Positions 48,553-58,170 of a DNA stretch of 64,000 nucleotides are shown in pieces. The stretch covers positions 2,720,001 to 2,784,000 of the forward strand of contig OZ244852.1 of the NCBI GenBank assembly GCA_965220965.1. The letters are read 5' to 3'. Position 1 is the stretch's first letter, and each line of letters begins with the position of its first letter. The notes below the pieces were generated by a model. It saw only the letters and a program-made list of their open reading frames with translations, was not told where the DNA came from and did no database searches. Source of the stretch: Candidatus Marinacidobacterium sp. GTDB taxonomy: Bacteria; Acidobacteriota; Vicinamibacteria; Marinacidobacterales; Marinacidobacteraceae. Both the position numbers and the translations under genes were made by a program.

Positions 48553-49478
48553 AGCAGCACGACCCCCACGTAGGCCGCATACGCCGCGAGGAGCGCCGCG
48601 CCCTTCAACCGCCCCATCCGGGGGCCGAGAAACAGCGCGGCGCCCGCCAGCAGGGTCAGGAGCACGACCCCCGGCACTTCGGCGGCGAGCAGGCGCGGTT
48701 CGACCGCCACCTCGGTGATCGCGGCGGCGAACCCGAGCGCCCCCAGCACGTTGAACAGATTCGAGCCGATCACGTTTCCGGCGGCGATCTGGGTCTCGCC
48801 CCGGCGCACCGCCGCCACCGAGGCCGCGAGTTCGGGCAGTGAGGTCCCCACCGCGACCAGCGTCAACCCGATGGTCGTCTCGGAAGCTCCCAGCTCCCGG
48901 GCGATGTCGGACGCCCCGCGCACCAGCAACTCGGCGCCCACCAGGAGGACGGCGAGTCCCACGCCGGTCGCCGCGAGGCTCCTGCCGAGGGCGGGCGGGT
49001 CGCCGTCCCCCGGGTTGGAGACGCCCCGCTTCCGGCTCCAGTGGATCGACAGCAGGTTGAACGCCACGAGGAGAGCCAGCAGCAGAAGTCCGGCGGTTCG
49101 GCCCACGCCCCCCACCGCGGCCATCGGCCACAGCAGGCAGGTCACCGCCAGCATGAAGCCGAACTCCCGGGAGAGCCCCGTCCGGTTCACCCGAAACGGC
49201 CGCATGATCGCGGTCAGCCCGAGGATGAGCCCCAGGTTCGCGGCGTTCGACCCCACGACGTTCCCGACCGCGAGCCCGGGACTGTCCCGCAGCACCGCCA
49301 CCACGCTCGCCCCGATTTCCGGCGCCGACGTCCCGTAGGCCACCACCGTCAGGCCGATGACGAGCGGACTGACGTGGAACCGCCGGGCCAGCCCCGAAGC
49401 CCCGTCGACCAGCCAGTCCGCCCCGTACGCGAGGCCCGCCAGTCCGCCGCCGACGAACAGCCAGGCGACCAGGGACAA
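48549..49478 (-). CDS. Calcium/sodium antiporter (YrbG/CaCA family)
   Basis: Alpha repeats IGLTVVAYGTSAPE..GNVVGSN and IGLTLVAVGTSLPE..GNVIGSN. Confidence 0.95.
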   Translation of the reverse strand: MSLVAWLFVGGGLAGLAYGADWLVDGASGLARRFHVSPLVIGLTVVAYGTSAPEIGASVVAVLRDSPGLAVGNVVGSNAANLGLILGLTAIMRPFRVNRTGLSREFGFMLAVTCLLWPMAAVGGVGRTAGLLLLALLVAFNLLSIHWSRKRGVSNPGDGDPPALGRSLAATGVGLAVLLVGAELLVRGASDIARELGASETTIGLTLVAVGTSLPELAASVAAVRRGETQIAAGNVIGSNLFNVLGALGFAAAITEVAVEPRLLAAEVPGVVLLTLLAGAALFLGPRMGRLKGAALLAAYAAYVGVVLL

Positions 49479-49724
49479 AGAAAGCCAGAGCCCCCGCGCG
49501 GGGCGGGAACCGACTCTACCAGAGCCGAACCGGCCCCCGGCCCCTTCCCGCGCGGAGTCGCGTCAAGGCCGCGAAGTAGGATGCCGGGGAACACCGCCCG
49601 AGAAACCATCGTTGAATCGGGGTTGCCGCGTCAGGATGCGTCGCGGCCCGGGAACGGCGAGTCCGTTCCCCTCCGTCCGGCGGCCGGCGCGCCGCCTTGG
49701 GACGTTCCCCTCGAAGGAGAACCG

Positions 49725-51323
49725 ATGCCGTCCCCCGTGTCCCGCGAACGCGGCCGCCCTCGAAGTGGCCTCCTCCTCGCGCTCGCCCTGGCGGCCGCGG
49801 CGCTGATCCCGACCTCCGTCGGAGCGCAAACCGGCGCGACGCTCACGAACGAGGTTCTCGACCAGTACCGCGACCTGATCGGTCAGGAGACCCTTCCGTT
49901 CACGATCGCCCAGGCGGTCGAAGTCGCCCAGTTGCTGCACCCGAACGTCCGCCGCAGCGCGGAGCGGCTCGAAGAGTTCCCGCACCTGGTCCGCGAGGCC
50001 CGCGCGCCGTATCTCCCCCAGCTCGACCTCACGCTGCAGGCGCTCGAGACGCGCGACCCCGGCTTCCGCAACAGTCCGTTCTTCTCCCGCCTCATCGAGG
50101 ATCCGGAGGCGGCCGGCGATTCGCCCTTCGGGGACGACCCCGAGGCCTTCGGCGGGGCGTTCACCTTCGGGACCTACGGCTGGAACTTCCAGCTCTCCCA
50201 GACGCTGTGGAGTTTCCGGTTCCGTCCCGCCATGCGGGGCGTGGACATCGGTCGCCGGATCGCCGAAGTCGACCTCGCCGAGGTCAAGAACCTGGTGGCC
50301 AGGGACACCGCCACGTCGCTCTACGGGTACCTCCTGCGGGAGCGCACCCGCGACGTGCTCCAGCAGGCGATCACCACCCGGGAGCGCGCGCTGCGCATCG
50401 CCGAGGACCGCCTCGAGCTGGGCGCCGGCTCCCGCCTCGACGTTCTCCGGGCCCGCGTCGGGCTCAGCCGTCTGCGCCGGGAGCTCCAGGAAGCGGAGGA
50501 TGCGGTCACGGTGCAGCGGGCGGCGATCAACGCCCTTGTGGGCCGCGACCAGGACCTCGCGATCCAGGTCCTCGATCCGCTGACCCTCCCCGATCCGCTT
50601 CCCCGGGTCTTCCCTCCCGAGGCCCTGATGGAGCTCGCCGGCGAGCATCGACCGGAGCTCCGCCGGTACCGCCTGGATCAGGATCGCCTGCGCCTCGAGC
50701 AGGATCTGGTGAGCGCCGACTCCCGCCCCGAGGTCCGCGCGAACGCCTCCTACGGGATCAGCACCTTCGCGATGGAGAACACCTGGGACTTCTCGCTCCA
50801 CAACTGGACCGCCGGGGTCTTCGTGAACTGGCGGCTCTTCGATGGCCTTCAGACCGGGAGCCGCGCCGCCGGCCTCCGATCGCAGGAGACCCAGAGCGAG
50901 TGGGACCGCAGTCAGTACGAATCGGTCCTCGAAGTGGATCTCCGCGCCGCCGCCGCGAGCTGGCGGGGAGCGCTCGCCGCTCTCGAGGAGGCGACGCTCG
51001 CCGTCGAGGAGGCTCGCGAGGCCGAGCGCGTCGCCGAAGAGGAGCTCGCCGCCGGCGCCGCGACTCCGCTCGTCGTTCTCGAGAGCGCCCAGGTTCGCCG
51101 GGAGATCGAGCTCGAGCTCGCCCGGAACACCCACGACGCCCTGAACGCGCTCGCGGAGATCAAGTACCTCGTCGGTTTCCCGGCGAGCGCCCCGCATTCG
51201 GTCATAGCGGACACTTCGTTCCGCACCAGCGACGCCGCGCCACCCGCGGAGGACCGAACCGCTCCCGAGACTTCCCCGCCCGCCGGACCGGCGGGCGATC
51301 CCCGGATGGAGGACCGCCGGTGA
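49725..51323 (+). CDS. TolC-family outer-membrane efflux protein
   Basis: RBS GAAGGAGA; signal peptide; two TolC repeats (ARAPYLPQL, RLELGAGSRLDVLRA; WRLFDG, AGAATPLVVL). Confidence 0.9.
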   Translation: MPSPVSRERGRPRSGLLLALALAAAALIPTSVGAQTGATLTNEVLDQYRDLIGQETLPFTIAQAVEVAQLLHPNVRRSAERLEEFPHLVREARAPYLPQLDLTLQALETRDPGFRNSPFFSRLIEDPEAAGDSPFGDDPEAFGGAFTFGTYGWNFQLSQTLWSFRFRPAMRGVDIGRRIAEVDLAEVKNLVARDTATSLYGYLLRERTRDVLQQAITTRERALRIAEDRLELGAGSRLDVLRARVGLSRLRRELQEAEDAVTVQRAAINALVGRDQDLAIQVLDPLTLPDPLPRVFPPEALMELAGEHRPELRRYRLDQDRLRLEQDLVSADSRPEVRANASYGISTFAMENTWDFSLHNWTAGVFVNWRLFDGLQTGSRAAGLRSQETQSEWDRSQYESVLEVDLRAAAASWRGALAALEEATLAVEEAREAERVAEEELAAGAATPLVVLESAQVRREIELELARNTHDALNALAEIKYLVGFPASAPHSVIADTSFRTSDAAPPAEDRTAPETSPPAGPAGDPRMEDRR

Positions 51324-52444
51324 ACCGCCCTGACGCCGAGACCGCCGAAACACCCCGACGGGCCGCCGGGTCACCCCCGGGGTTCCTTGCAACCCGCGCG
51401 ACTGGGGTGCTGGCCGCCCTTCTGATCGGCGCCGCGCTGACCGCGGCCGGGTGCGGGGAGGGTCCCGGATACGCGGACGAACCTCCCGCCCCCGAAGCGG
51501 ACCTTCGTCCCACGGTGTCGGTTACGCCGGTCACCACCACGACGCTGACCGACGTTCTGGAGATCTCCGGACAGTTCGAACCCCGGGCCGAGGTCGTCAT
51601 CTCCTCCGAGGGGGGCGGCATGGTCGAAGAGGTGCTTTTCGACAAGGGGGACCGCGTGGAGGCCGGCCAGTTGCTCGCCCGCGTCAACACCGACCTGCTC
51701 CGCGTCGCGCTCCTCGAGGCGGAGGCCGATCTGGCCGGCGCCCAGGCGGACCATGACCGCGTCCGCCAGCTCGTGGAGCGGGAAGCGACCCCCGAGGAGC
51801 GTCTGACCGAGACCGAGACCCGGCTCCGGATGGCCGAGGCCCGGACCGAGGCCGCCCGCCTCCGGTTCGCCCGCTCCGAGGTCGTCGCGCCGGCGGCCGG
51901 GATCATCGTAAGCCGCGATCTCGAGCCCGGCGAAGTCCTCGCCCCCGGCAGCCGCGTCGCGGTGCTTCACGACACCTCGTCGCTCAGGGCCACCGTCGGC
52001 ATCCCCGAGACCGATATCGCCTGGTTCCGGGTGGGGGCGCCCGCCGAAGTGACCCTGGACGCCTACCCCGACCGGATCGTTCAGGGCCGCATCACCTGGA
52101 TCGCGCCGAACGCGACCCAGCCGGGCCGGAACTTCCTGACCGAGATCGAGGTCCCGAATCCCGACGGCTCGCTCCGTTCCGGCCTCATCGTCCGGACCCG
52201 GCTCGAGCGCCGGGTCTTCGAGGAGGCGGTCGTGGTCTCGCGGGACGTTCTGGTGGAGCGCGACGCCGTGCTCTACGCCTTCGTCCTCGAGGACGGCCTC
52301 GTCGCCCTGCGCGAGGTCACGCTTGGCCCCGACGAGGGGGATCGCGTCGTCGTCACCTCCGGGCTGGACGTCGGCCAGACCCTGCTCGTCGCCGGCCACC
52401 GGAACCTGATCGCGGGCGAGGCGGTCCGCGTCGTCGAGGATTGA
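51320..52444 (+). CDS. RND efflux periplasmic adaptor subunit
   Basis: TM/lipobox AAGC; SEGGGMVEEV..GDRVEAGQLLA, VVAPAAG, LRSG, VTSGL. Confidence 0.92.
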   Translation: MNRPDAETAETPRRAAGSPPGFLATRATGVLAALLIGAALTAAGCGEGPGYADEPPAPEADLRPTVSVTPVTTTTLTDVLEISGQFEPRAEVVISSEGGGMVEEVLFDKGDRVEAGQLLARVNTDLLRVALLEAEADLAGAQADHDRVRQLVEREATPEERLTETETRLRMAEARTEAARLRFARSEVVAPAAGIIVSRDLEPGEVLAPGSRVAVLHDTSSLRATVGIPETDIAWFRVGAPAEVTLDAYPDRIVQGRITWIAPNATQPGRNFLTEIEVPNPDGSLRSGLIVRTRLERRVFEEAVVVSRDVLVERDAVLYAFVLEDGLVALREVTLGPDEGDRVVVTSGLDVGQTLLVAGHRNLIAGEAVRVVED

Positions 52445-52514
52445 GGAAACTGACTGCCGCCCCGGCGCAGCCGGGGACGCGCCGGGCGCGCTCCCGCCGC
52501 CCCTGAGGACCCAC

Positions 52515-55500
52515 GTGCGCATCACGAACTACGCGATCCGGCACCGGCTCACGGTGTATTTCCTGATCCTGATCCTGTGTCTCGGCGGAACCGGCGTCTA
52601 CGTGTCGCTTCCGCGCGAGTCCTTTCCCGAGGTCCAGGTCCCGTTCATCGTCGTCTACACGGTCTACCCCGGGGTCAGCCCCACGGACATGGAGACGCTG
52701 GTCACGCGACCCATCGAGACCGAGCTCAAGACGCTCACCGGCGTCAAGGAAATCAGCTCCACGACGAGCGAGGGCCTGTCCAGTATTTCCGTCGAGTTCA
52801 ACCCGGAAGAGGATCTCGACACCGCGCTCGCGTCCGTCCGGGAGAAGGTGGATCTCGCGAAGCCCGACCTACCGGCGGAGGCCGAGGACCCCCGGGTCCA
52901 GGACGTGGACTTCTCGCAGGTTCCGATCCTGCTGCTGACCCTGTCCGGCCCGGTGGGGACCCACCAGCTCACGCAGGTCGCCGAAGCGATGCAGGACGAC
53001 TTCGAGGCGATCTCCGGAGTGAACCGGGTGAACCTGATCGGGAATCGCCAGCGCGAGGTTCACGTCCAGGTGGACCCGAGGCGGCTCTCCTTCTTCGAGT
53101 TGAGCCTTTCCGACCTCGTGCTCGCTGTCGCCCGCGAGAACCGCAACGTTCCCGGCGGTGAGATCGCCGTCGGCGGGCTGGACTATCTGGTCCGGCTCCC
53201 GGCCGAGGTCCGCGACCCCACCGAGATCGAGGACTTCGTCGTCAAGGTGCGCGAGGGTCAGCCGGTCTTCATCCGGGACGTGGCGGATGTGGTCTTCGGC
53301 TTCGAAGACGAAGCCACCCGTTCCCGGGTCGATGGAGAGCCGTCCGTCACCCTCGCCGTCGAAAAACGCACCGGCGCGAACCTCGTCGAGGTCGCCGACC
53401 GGGTCCATGAAGAACTCGATCGCTGGGACGAGCAGCTCCCGGCGGGCATCCAGACCGCGGTCGTCGGGGACATCTCGGTGGAGATCCGCCGGATGGTGAA
53501 CGAGCTCGAGAACAACGTGATCTCGGGGCTCCTCCTGGTCGTCGCCTGCCTCATGGCGTTCGTGGGTTTCCGGAACTCGTTCTTCGTGGGAGTCGCGATT
53601 CCGCTGTCGATGATGGCCTCGTTCCTCGTGCTCGGCTGGATGGGCTACACGCTGAACATGATGGTGCTGTTCAGCCTCATCCTGATGCTCGGCATGCTGG
53701 TGGACAACGCCGTCGTCATCGTGGAGAACATCTACCGGCACCGGGAGATGGGGAAGAACGGACCCGACGCCGCCGGCGTCGGAACCCGCGAAGTCGCCCG
53801 TCCGGTGATCGCCTCGACCATCACGACGCTCTGCGCGTTTTCCCCGCTGCTGATCTGGCCCGGGATCATCGGGGACTTCATGTCCTATCTGCCGGTGACC
53901 CTCATCATCGGGCTGAGCGCCTCGCTCCTCGTCGCGCTCATCATCAATCCGACGCTGTGCGCCTGGCTCATGAAGCCCCCGAAGCGGGCGGCGGCCACCG
54001 CGCCCGGCGAGGAGCACGCCTTCCGGCGCGCCTACCGCCGGCTCCTGACCTGGGCGCTTCAGTCGGGCGCCGATGTCGGGACCCGGGGCTGGTTCCTCCG
54101 GAACTGGCTTCTGCCCTCCGCCTTCGTGCTGTGTCTGGGAGTCGCGGTGGCGCTCGCCCTGGGCGGCATGTTCTTCCAGACGAACGCGTTGCTGCCGGTC
54201 GTGGCGGCCCTCGCCGGGATCGGGGTGGCGGCCTTCGCGCTCCAGGGCGTGCTCTGGCTCCTCTGGAGCATCGGTCGCGCGCTTCGCCGGGGCGCCGGGG
54301 CGCTGCTCGGGTCCGACGGACGTCGGTTCGGCCCCTACATCACCGACCATCGTTCCGGCCTGATCTGGACGATGTGCGCGGTCCTGGTGGCGACCGTCGG
54401 CGTCTACCTCGTCGTGGGGCAGGGGGTCGAGCTGTTCCCCGAGGTCGAGCCGAGGCAGATCGTCGTCTCGGTCGACACGCCCGCCGGCTCCACCCTCGAC
54501 GCCTCGGACTCCATCGTCCGGCGCATCGAGAACCTGACCCGCGACACCGACGACATGCTCCACCAGATCGCCAACGTGGGGAGCACCGGCGTCAGCGTGA
54601 GCCCCGACGGGAGCGGCGGCGGCGGAAGCCCGACGACGAGCCAGGTCACGCTCTACCTCGAAGAGCGCAAGGACCGGACGGTCCGGAACACCTTCACCAC
54701 GCTCGAAGTCGCCCGCGCGGCGCTCGCCGATGTGGTGGGGGCCACGATCAAGGTGGACGCCCCCCAGGACGGCCCGCCCACCGGGGCTCCGGTGTCCGTC
54801 CGGATCATCGGTGACGACCTCGACCAGATCGCCCGGCTCACCGAGGAAGCGATGTCGCGGATCCGCGGCATCGAGGGCCTCGTCAATCTCGACCACGATC
54901 TCGACCGCGGCAAGCCCGAACTTCGCGTCGAAGTGGACCGCGAGGAGGCGATGCGCGCCGGGGTCAACACCCAGGTCATCGCCGGAACCGTCCAGACGGC
55001 GATCCTCGGGACCGAGGCTTCGAAGTACCGGGTCGGCGAGGACGAGCACGACATCCGCGTCCGGCTGGCGCCCGACGCCCGCCGCTCGCTCGATGACATC
55101 GCGGAACTGACGGTTCCCGACGAGGACGGGATCCCGGTCCCGATCCGCACCGTCGCCGCGCTCTCCCACGGCGTGGGTCCCTCGGCGGTGCGCCGGGTGG
55201 ACCTGAACCGCGTCGCCACGATCGAGGGCGACGTCGTCCGGGACTCCGGGCGCACCGAAGCGGCTGTCCGCGAGGAGGTCGCGGCCGGGCTGGACTCGAT
55301 GGAGTGGCCCCCCGGTTATCGCTGGGCGTTCTCCGGCGCCAACGAGGAAGAGCTCCAGGCGACCGCCTTTCTCTCCCGCGCCTTCGTGATCGCCCTGCTC
55401 CTGATCCTGATGGTGCTCGTGACCCAGTTCGACTCGCTCGTGCTCCCGCTCACCATCATCACCTCGGTCGGGCTCTCGGTCATCGGGGTCCTCTGGGGCC

Positions 55501-55967
55501 TGATGATCACCGGCACCCCGTTCGGGATCATCATGACCGGCATCGGGGTGATTTCGCTGGCCGGAATCGTGGTGAACAACGCGATCGTCCTCTGCGACTT
55601 CATCCGACAGCTACGGGCCAAGGGGCTGTCCCGTCGGGAGGCCGTCATCGAGGCGGGTTCGATCCGTCTGCGTCCGGTGCTCCTGACCGCGGTCACGACC
55701 GTGCTCGGCCTCGTCCCGCTCACGCTCGGCCTGAACCTCGACTTCTTCAACCTCGCGTTCTCGACCGGCGGGGAGAGTTCCCAGTTCTGGGCCTCGATGG
55801 GAGTGGCGGTGATCTTCGGCCTGACCGTGGCGACGGTTCTGACCCTCGTCGTGGTCCCGGTCACCTACGACTCGCTGGACGGGCTCACGACCCGGCTCGA
55901 GGCCTGGCGCGCCCGGCGCCGGGAGGACCGCGCGCTGCCGTCGTCCACCGCCGACGCCCCCGTCTGA
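52515..55967 (+). CDS. RND efflux permease (AcrB/AcrD/AcrF family)
   Basis: LPRESFP, LVTRPIE, AIPLS, GMLVDNAVVIVENI, GIVVNNAIVL, RLRPVLLT. Confidence 0.95.
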   Translation: MRITNYAIRHRLTVYFLILILCLGGTGVYVSLPRESFPEVQVPFIVVYTVYPGVSPTDMETLVTRPIETELKTLTGVKEISSTTSEGLSSISVEFNPEEDLDTALASVREKVDLAKPDLPAEAEDPRVQDVDFSQVPILLLTLSGPVGTHQLTQVAEAMQDDFEAISGVNRVNLIGNRQREVHVQVDPRRLSFFELSLSDLVLAVARENRNVPGGEIAVGGLDYLVRLPAEVRDPTEIEDFVVKVREGQPVFIRDVADVVFGFEDEATRSRVDGEPSVTLAVEKRTGANLVEVADRVHEELDRWDEQLPAGIQTAVVGDISVEIRRMVNELENNVISGLLLVVACLMAFVGFRNSFFVGVAIPLSMMASFLVLGWMGYTLNMMVLFSLILMLGMLVDNAVVIVENIYRHREMGKNGPDAAGVGTREVARPVIASTITTLCAFSPLLIWPGIIGDFMSYLPVTLIIGLSASLLVALIINPTLCAWLMKPPKRAAATAPGEEHAFRRAYRRLLTWALQSGADVGTRGWFLRNWLLPSAFVLCLGVAVALALGGMFFQTNALLPVVAALAGIGVAAFALQGVLWLLWSIGRALRRGAGALLGSDGRRFGPYITDHRSGLIWTMCAVLVATVGVYLVVGQGVELFPEVEPRQIVVSVDTPAGSTLDASDSIVRRIENLTRDTDDMLHQIANVGSTGVSVSPDGSGGGGSPTTSQVTLYLEERKDRTVRNTFTTLEVARAALADVVGATIKVDAPQDGPPTGAPVSVRIIGDDLDQIARLTEEAMSRIRGIEGLVNLDHDLDRGKPELRVEVDREEAMRAGVNTQVIAGTVQTAILGTEASKYRVGEDEHDIRVRLAPDARRSLDDIAELTVPDEDGIPVPIRTVAALSHGVGPSAVRRVDLNRVATIEGDVVRDSGRTEAAVREEVAAGLDSMEWPPGYRWAFSGANEEELQATAFLSRAFVIALLLILMVLVTQFDSLVLPLTIITSVGLSVIGVLWGLMITGTPFGIIMTGIGVISLAGIVVNNAIVLCDFIRQLRAKGLSRREAVIEAGSIRLRPVLLTAVTTVLGLVPLTLGLNLDFFNLAFSTGGESSQFWASMGVAVIFGLTVATVLTLVVVPVTYDSLDGLTTRLEAWRARRREDRALPSSTADAPV

Positions 55968-55970
55968 TCG

Positions 55971-55999
55971 GGAGGCCGCCCTGGAGTTCGGCGGCCTCC
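55971..55999 (+). terminator. GC-rich hairpin after the RND operon (possible terminator)
   Basis: GGAGGCCGCC-N9-GGCGGCCTCC perfect 10-bp stem; no U-tract. Confidence 0.4.
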
Positions 56000-56053
56000 G
56001 GTCCCCGGGGCGGGCGCGTCCGGGCGCTCCACTAGAATCCTCCCGCCGGTCCC

Positions 56054-56140
56054 GGAGGGGTGCAAGAGCGGCTGAATTGGCCAGCCCGGAAAGCTGGTGT
56101 ACCGGCAACGGTACCGTGGGTTCGAATCCCACCCCCTCCG
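56054..56140 (+). tRNA. tRNA-Ser (GGA)
   Basis: GGAGGGG/CCCCTCC-G acceptor stem; anticodon arm CCAGC-CCGGAAA-GCTGG; long variable arm; GTTCGAATC; upstream -10 TAGAAT. Confidence 0.93.
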
Positions 56141-56180
56141 CCGCCTCGCTCCCGCGCCCGGGCTGTCAACAGGCCGCCAG

Positions 56181-57833
56181 ATGACTCCCCCCGACGCCCC
56201 GACGCTCTTCGGGGGTTCCGCGTCCGCGCCGAGCGAGCCCGAGCCCTCCACCGAGCCCTCCGCTCCCGAATCGCCCTCGCCTCCGGCCGCTCCCGAGGTG
56301 GAAGCCGCCCAGACCGCCGAGCCGGCGCCGGAAGCGGAACCCGCTCCGGAGACGACGCCCGCGGAGCCCGCCGCGGTCGAGGAGTCCGCGGCCGCCGGGG
56401 AATCCGCCTCGACGCCCGCCCCGCTCCCGGAGAAGGCCTCCCCGTCCGCCGCGTCCGATGAAGCGGCGCCGCCGCCGGTCGCGGCGGACGCCTCCGGTGG
56501 CTACCAGGTCCTTGCGCTTCGCTACCGCCCCCAGACCTTCTCCGATCTCGTCGGGCAGGAGGCCATCGCCCGCACGCTCCAGAACGCCATCACCAAGGGG
56601 CGCATCTGGAACGCCTTCCTGTTCGCCGGGCCCCGGGGCGTCGGCAAGACGACGACCGCCCGCCTTCTCGCGAAGGCGCTCAACTGCCACGCCGCCCCCG
56701 CGCCGACTCCCGAACCCTGCGGAGACTGCTCCTCGTGCCGGGAAATCGCCGGCGGCTTCTCGCGCGATGTCCCGGAGATCGACGGGGCGAGCCACAGCGG
56801 GGTCGCGAACGCCCGCGAAATCATCGAGACCGCCCAGTACGCGCCGAACCGGGACCGGTTCCGGGTCTTTCTGATCGACGAAGTCCACATGCTGAGCCGG
56901 GAGGCGTTCAACGCCCTCCTCAAGACGCTCGAGGAACCGCCCCGTCATGTGAAGTTCCTGTTCGCGACGACCGAGATCCACAAGATCCCCGACACGATCC
57001 TCTCCCGTTGCCAGGAATTCGAATTCCGCACCGTCGCCCCGAAGGCCATCGCCGATCGGTTGCGCTGGATCGCGGAGGACCAGGGGGTCGAGGTTTCCGA
57101 AGACGCCCTCGCCCAGGTCGCCCGCTTTGGCCAGGGAAGCCTGCGGGACGCGCTCTCCGCCTTCGATCAGGTCATCGGCGCGGTGGATGGCGCGATCGGC
57201 GCTTCCGATGTCAGCGACATCCTGGGCGTCCCCGATGTAGCGCTCTGCCGGCGGGTCGCCGCCGCGATCGCCGAGGCCGACCGCCGCGCGGTCTTCGAGG
57301 TCGTCTCGGAGCTGATGGAGGGCGGTCGCGACCTGCGCCACTTCGTCCTCCTCCTGACCCACTACCTGCGCGATGTCCTCGTTGTCCGGTCCGCTCCCGA
57401 ACACCTCGACCTCCTCGAATGGTCCGGCGAACGCGACCACCTCACCGCGTTCGCGAAGACGTTCTCCGAGGAAGATCTGCTCCGGAGCCTCGACGTGCTG
57501 ACCCAGGCGGAGCAGGGGCTGCGCTGGTCCGCGGAGCCCCGCTTCCACCTCGAGATGGCGCTCCTCAAGCTGGTGGAGATGCCGCGTCTCGCCGCCTTCG
57601 AGGATCTGCTCGAACAGGTGGCCAGACCTCCGGCTCGTTCCGCTCCCCGCCGCGCCGCCTCGTCGGCCGCGCCGCGCCCCGCCGCGTCGCCGGCCGCGCA
57701 GCGTCCGGCCCCTCCGCCATCAGAAGCGTCGCCGTCCCTCGAAGTCGAGCCGCCCCAGGTGGTCAAGGACTACCAGAAGGCCTTCGGCGGCGCGATCGTT
57801 TCCACCCGGCGTATCGCCCCCGACGGGGAATGA
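56181..57833 (+). CDS. dnaX: DNA polymerase III subunit gamma/tau
   Basis: YQVLALRYRPQTF, GPRGVGKTT, PCGDCSSC, IDEVHML, FNALLKTLEEPP, SRC. Confidence 0.97.
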   Translation: MTPPDAPTLFGGSASAPSEPEPSTEPSAPESPSPPAAPEVEAAQTAEPAPEAEPAPETTPAEPAAVEESAAAGESASTPAPLPEKASPSAASDEAAPPPVAADASGGYQVLALRYRPQTFSDLVGQEAIARTLQNAITKGRIWNAFLFAGPRGVGKTTTARLLAKALNCHAAPAPTPEPCGDCSSCREIAGGFSRDVPEIDGASHSGVANAREIIETAQYAPNRDRFRVFLIDEVHMLSREAFNALLKTLEEPPRHVKFLFATTEIHKIPDTILSRCQEFEFRTVAPKAIADRLRWIAEDQGVEVSEDALAQVARFGQGSLRDALSAFDQVIGAVDGAIGASDVSDILGVPDVALCRRVAAAIAEADRRAVFEVVSELMEGGRDLRHFVLLLTHYLRDVLVVRSAPEHLDLLEWSGERDHLTAFAKTFSEEDLLRSLDVLTQAEQGLRWSAEPRFHLEMALLKLVEMPRLAAFEDLLEQVARPPARSAPRRAASSAAPRPAASPAAQRPAPPPSEASPSLEVEPPQVVKDYQKAFGGAIVSTRRIAPDGE

Positions 57834-57858
57834 CGCTCTTGCCAGAGAAGAACACTTC

Positions 57859-58170
57859 ATGCTCTCGAAGCCAGGAAAGGCAATCCAGCAGATCCGCCAG
57901 CTCCGTCGGGTCAGGAAACAACTGGAGGCGATCACCACCGAAGGCGCCGCCGGGGGCGGGAAGGTCACGGTCCGGGTGGACGGCGCCCGCAAGGTCCGCG
58001 AGGTCTCCATCGCGCCGGAACTGGTCGAGGCCGGGGACGCCCGGCTGATCGAGCGGCTGGTCCAGACCGCGGTCAACGACGCGATGAAGAATCTTGACCG
58101 CCAGCTTCAGGCGCAGATGAGCCGGATGCCGGATCTCGGCGGGATGCTCGGCGGGATCGGAGGGGCGTGA
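57859..58170 (+). CDS. ybaB: YbaB/EbfC nucleoid-associated protein
   Basis: EGAAGGGKVTV.VDG, AVNDA; lies between dnaX and recR. Confidence 0.92.
   Translation: MLSKPGKAIQQIRQLRRVRKQLEAITTEGAAGGGKVTVRVDGARKVREVSIAPELVEAGDARLIERLVQTAVNDAMKNLDRQLQAQMSRMPDLGGMLGGIGGA

Noticed and set aside
49479-49724. Possible riboswitch upstream of tolC
   Set aside because: Only generic GC-rich hairpins; no aptamer consensus that I can recognise.
56141-56180. SRP RNA (ffs), often found between tRNA-Ser and dnaX
   Set aside because: Only 40 nt are available and no SRP helix-8 motif is present.
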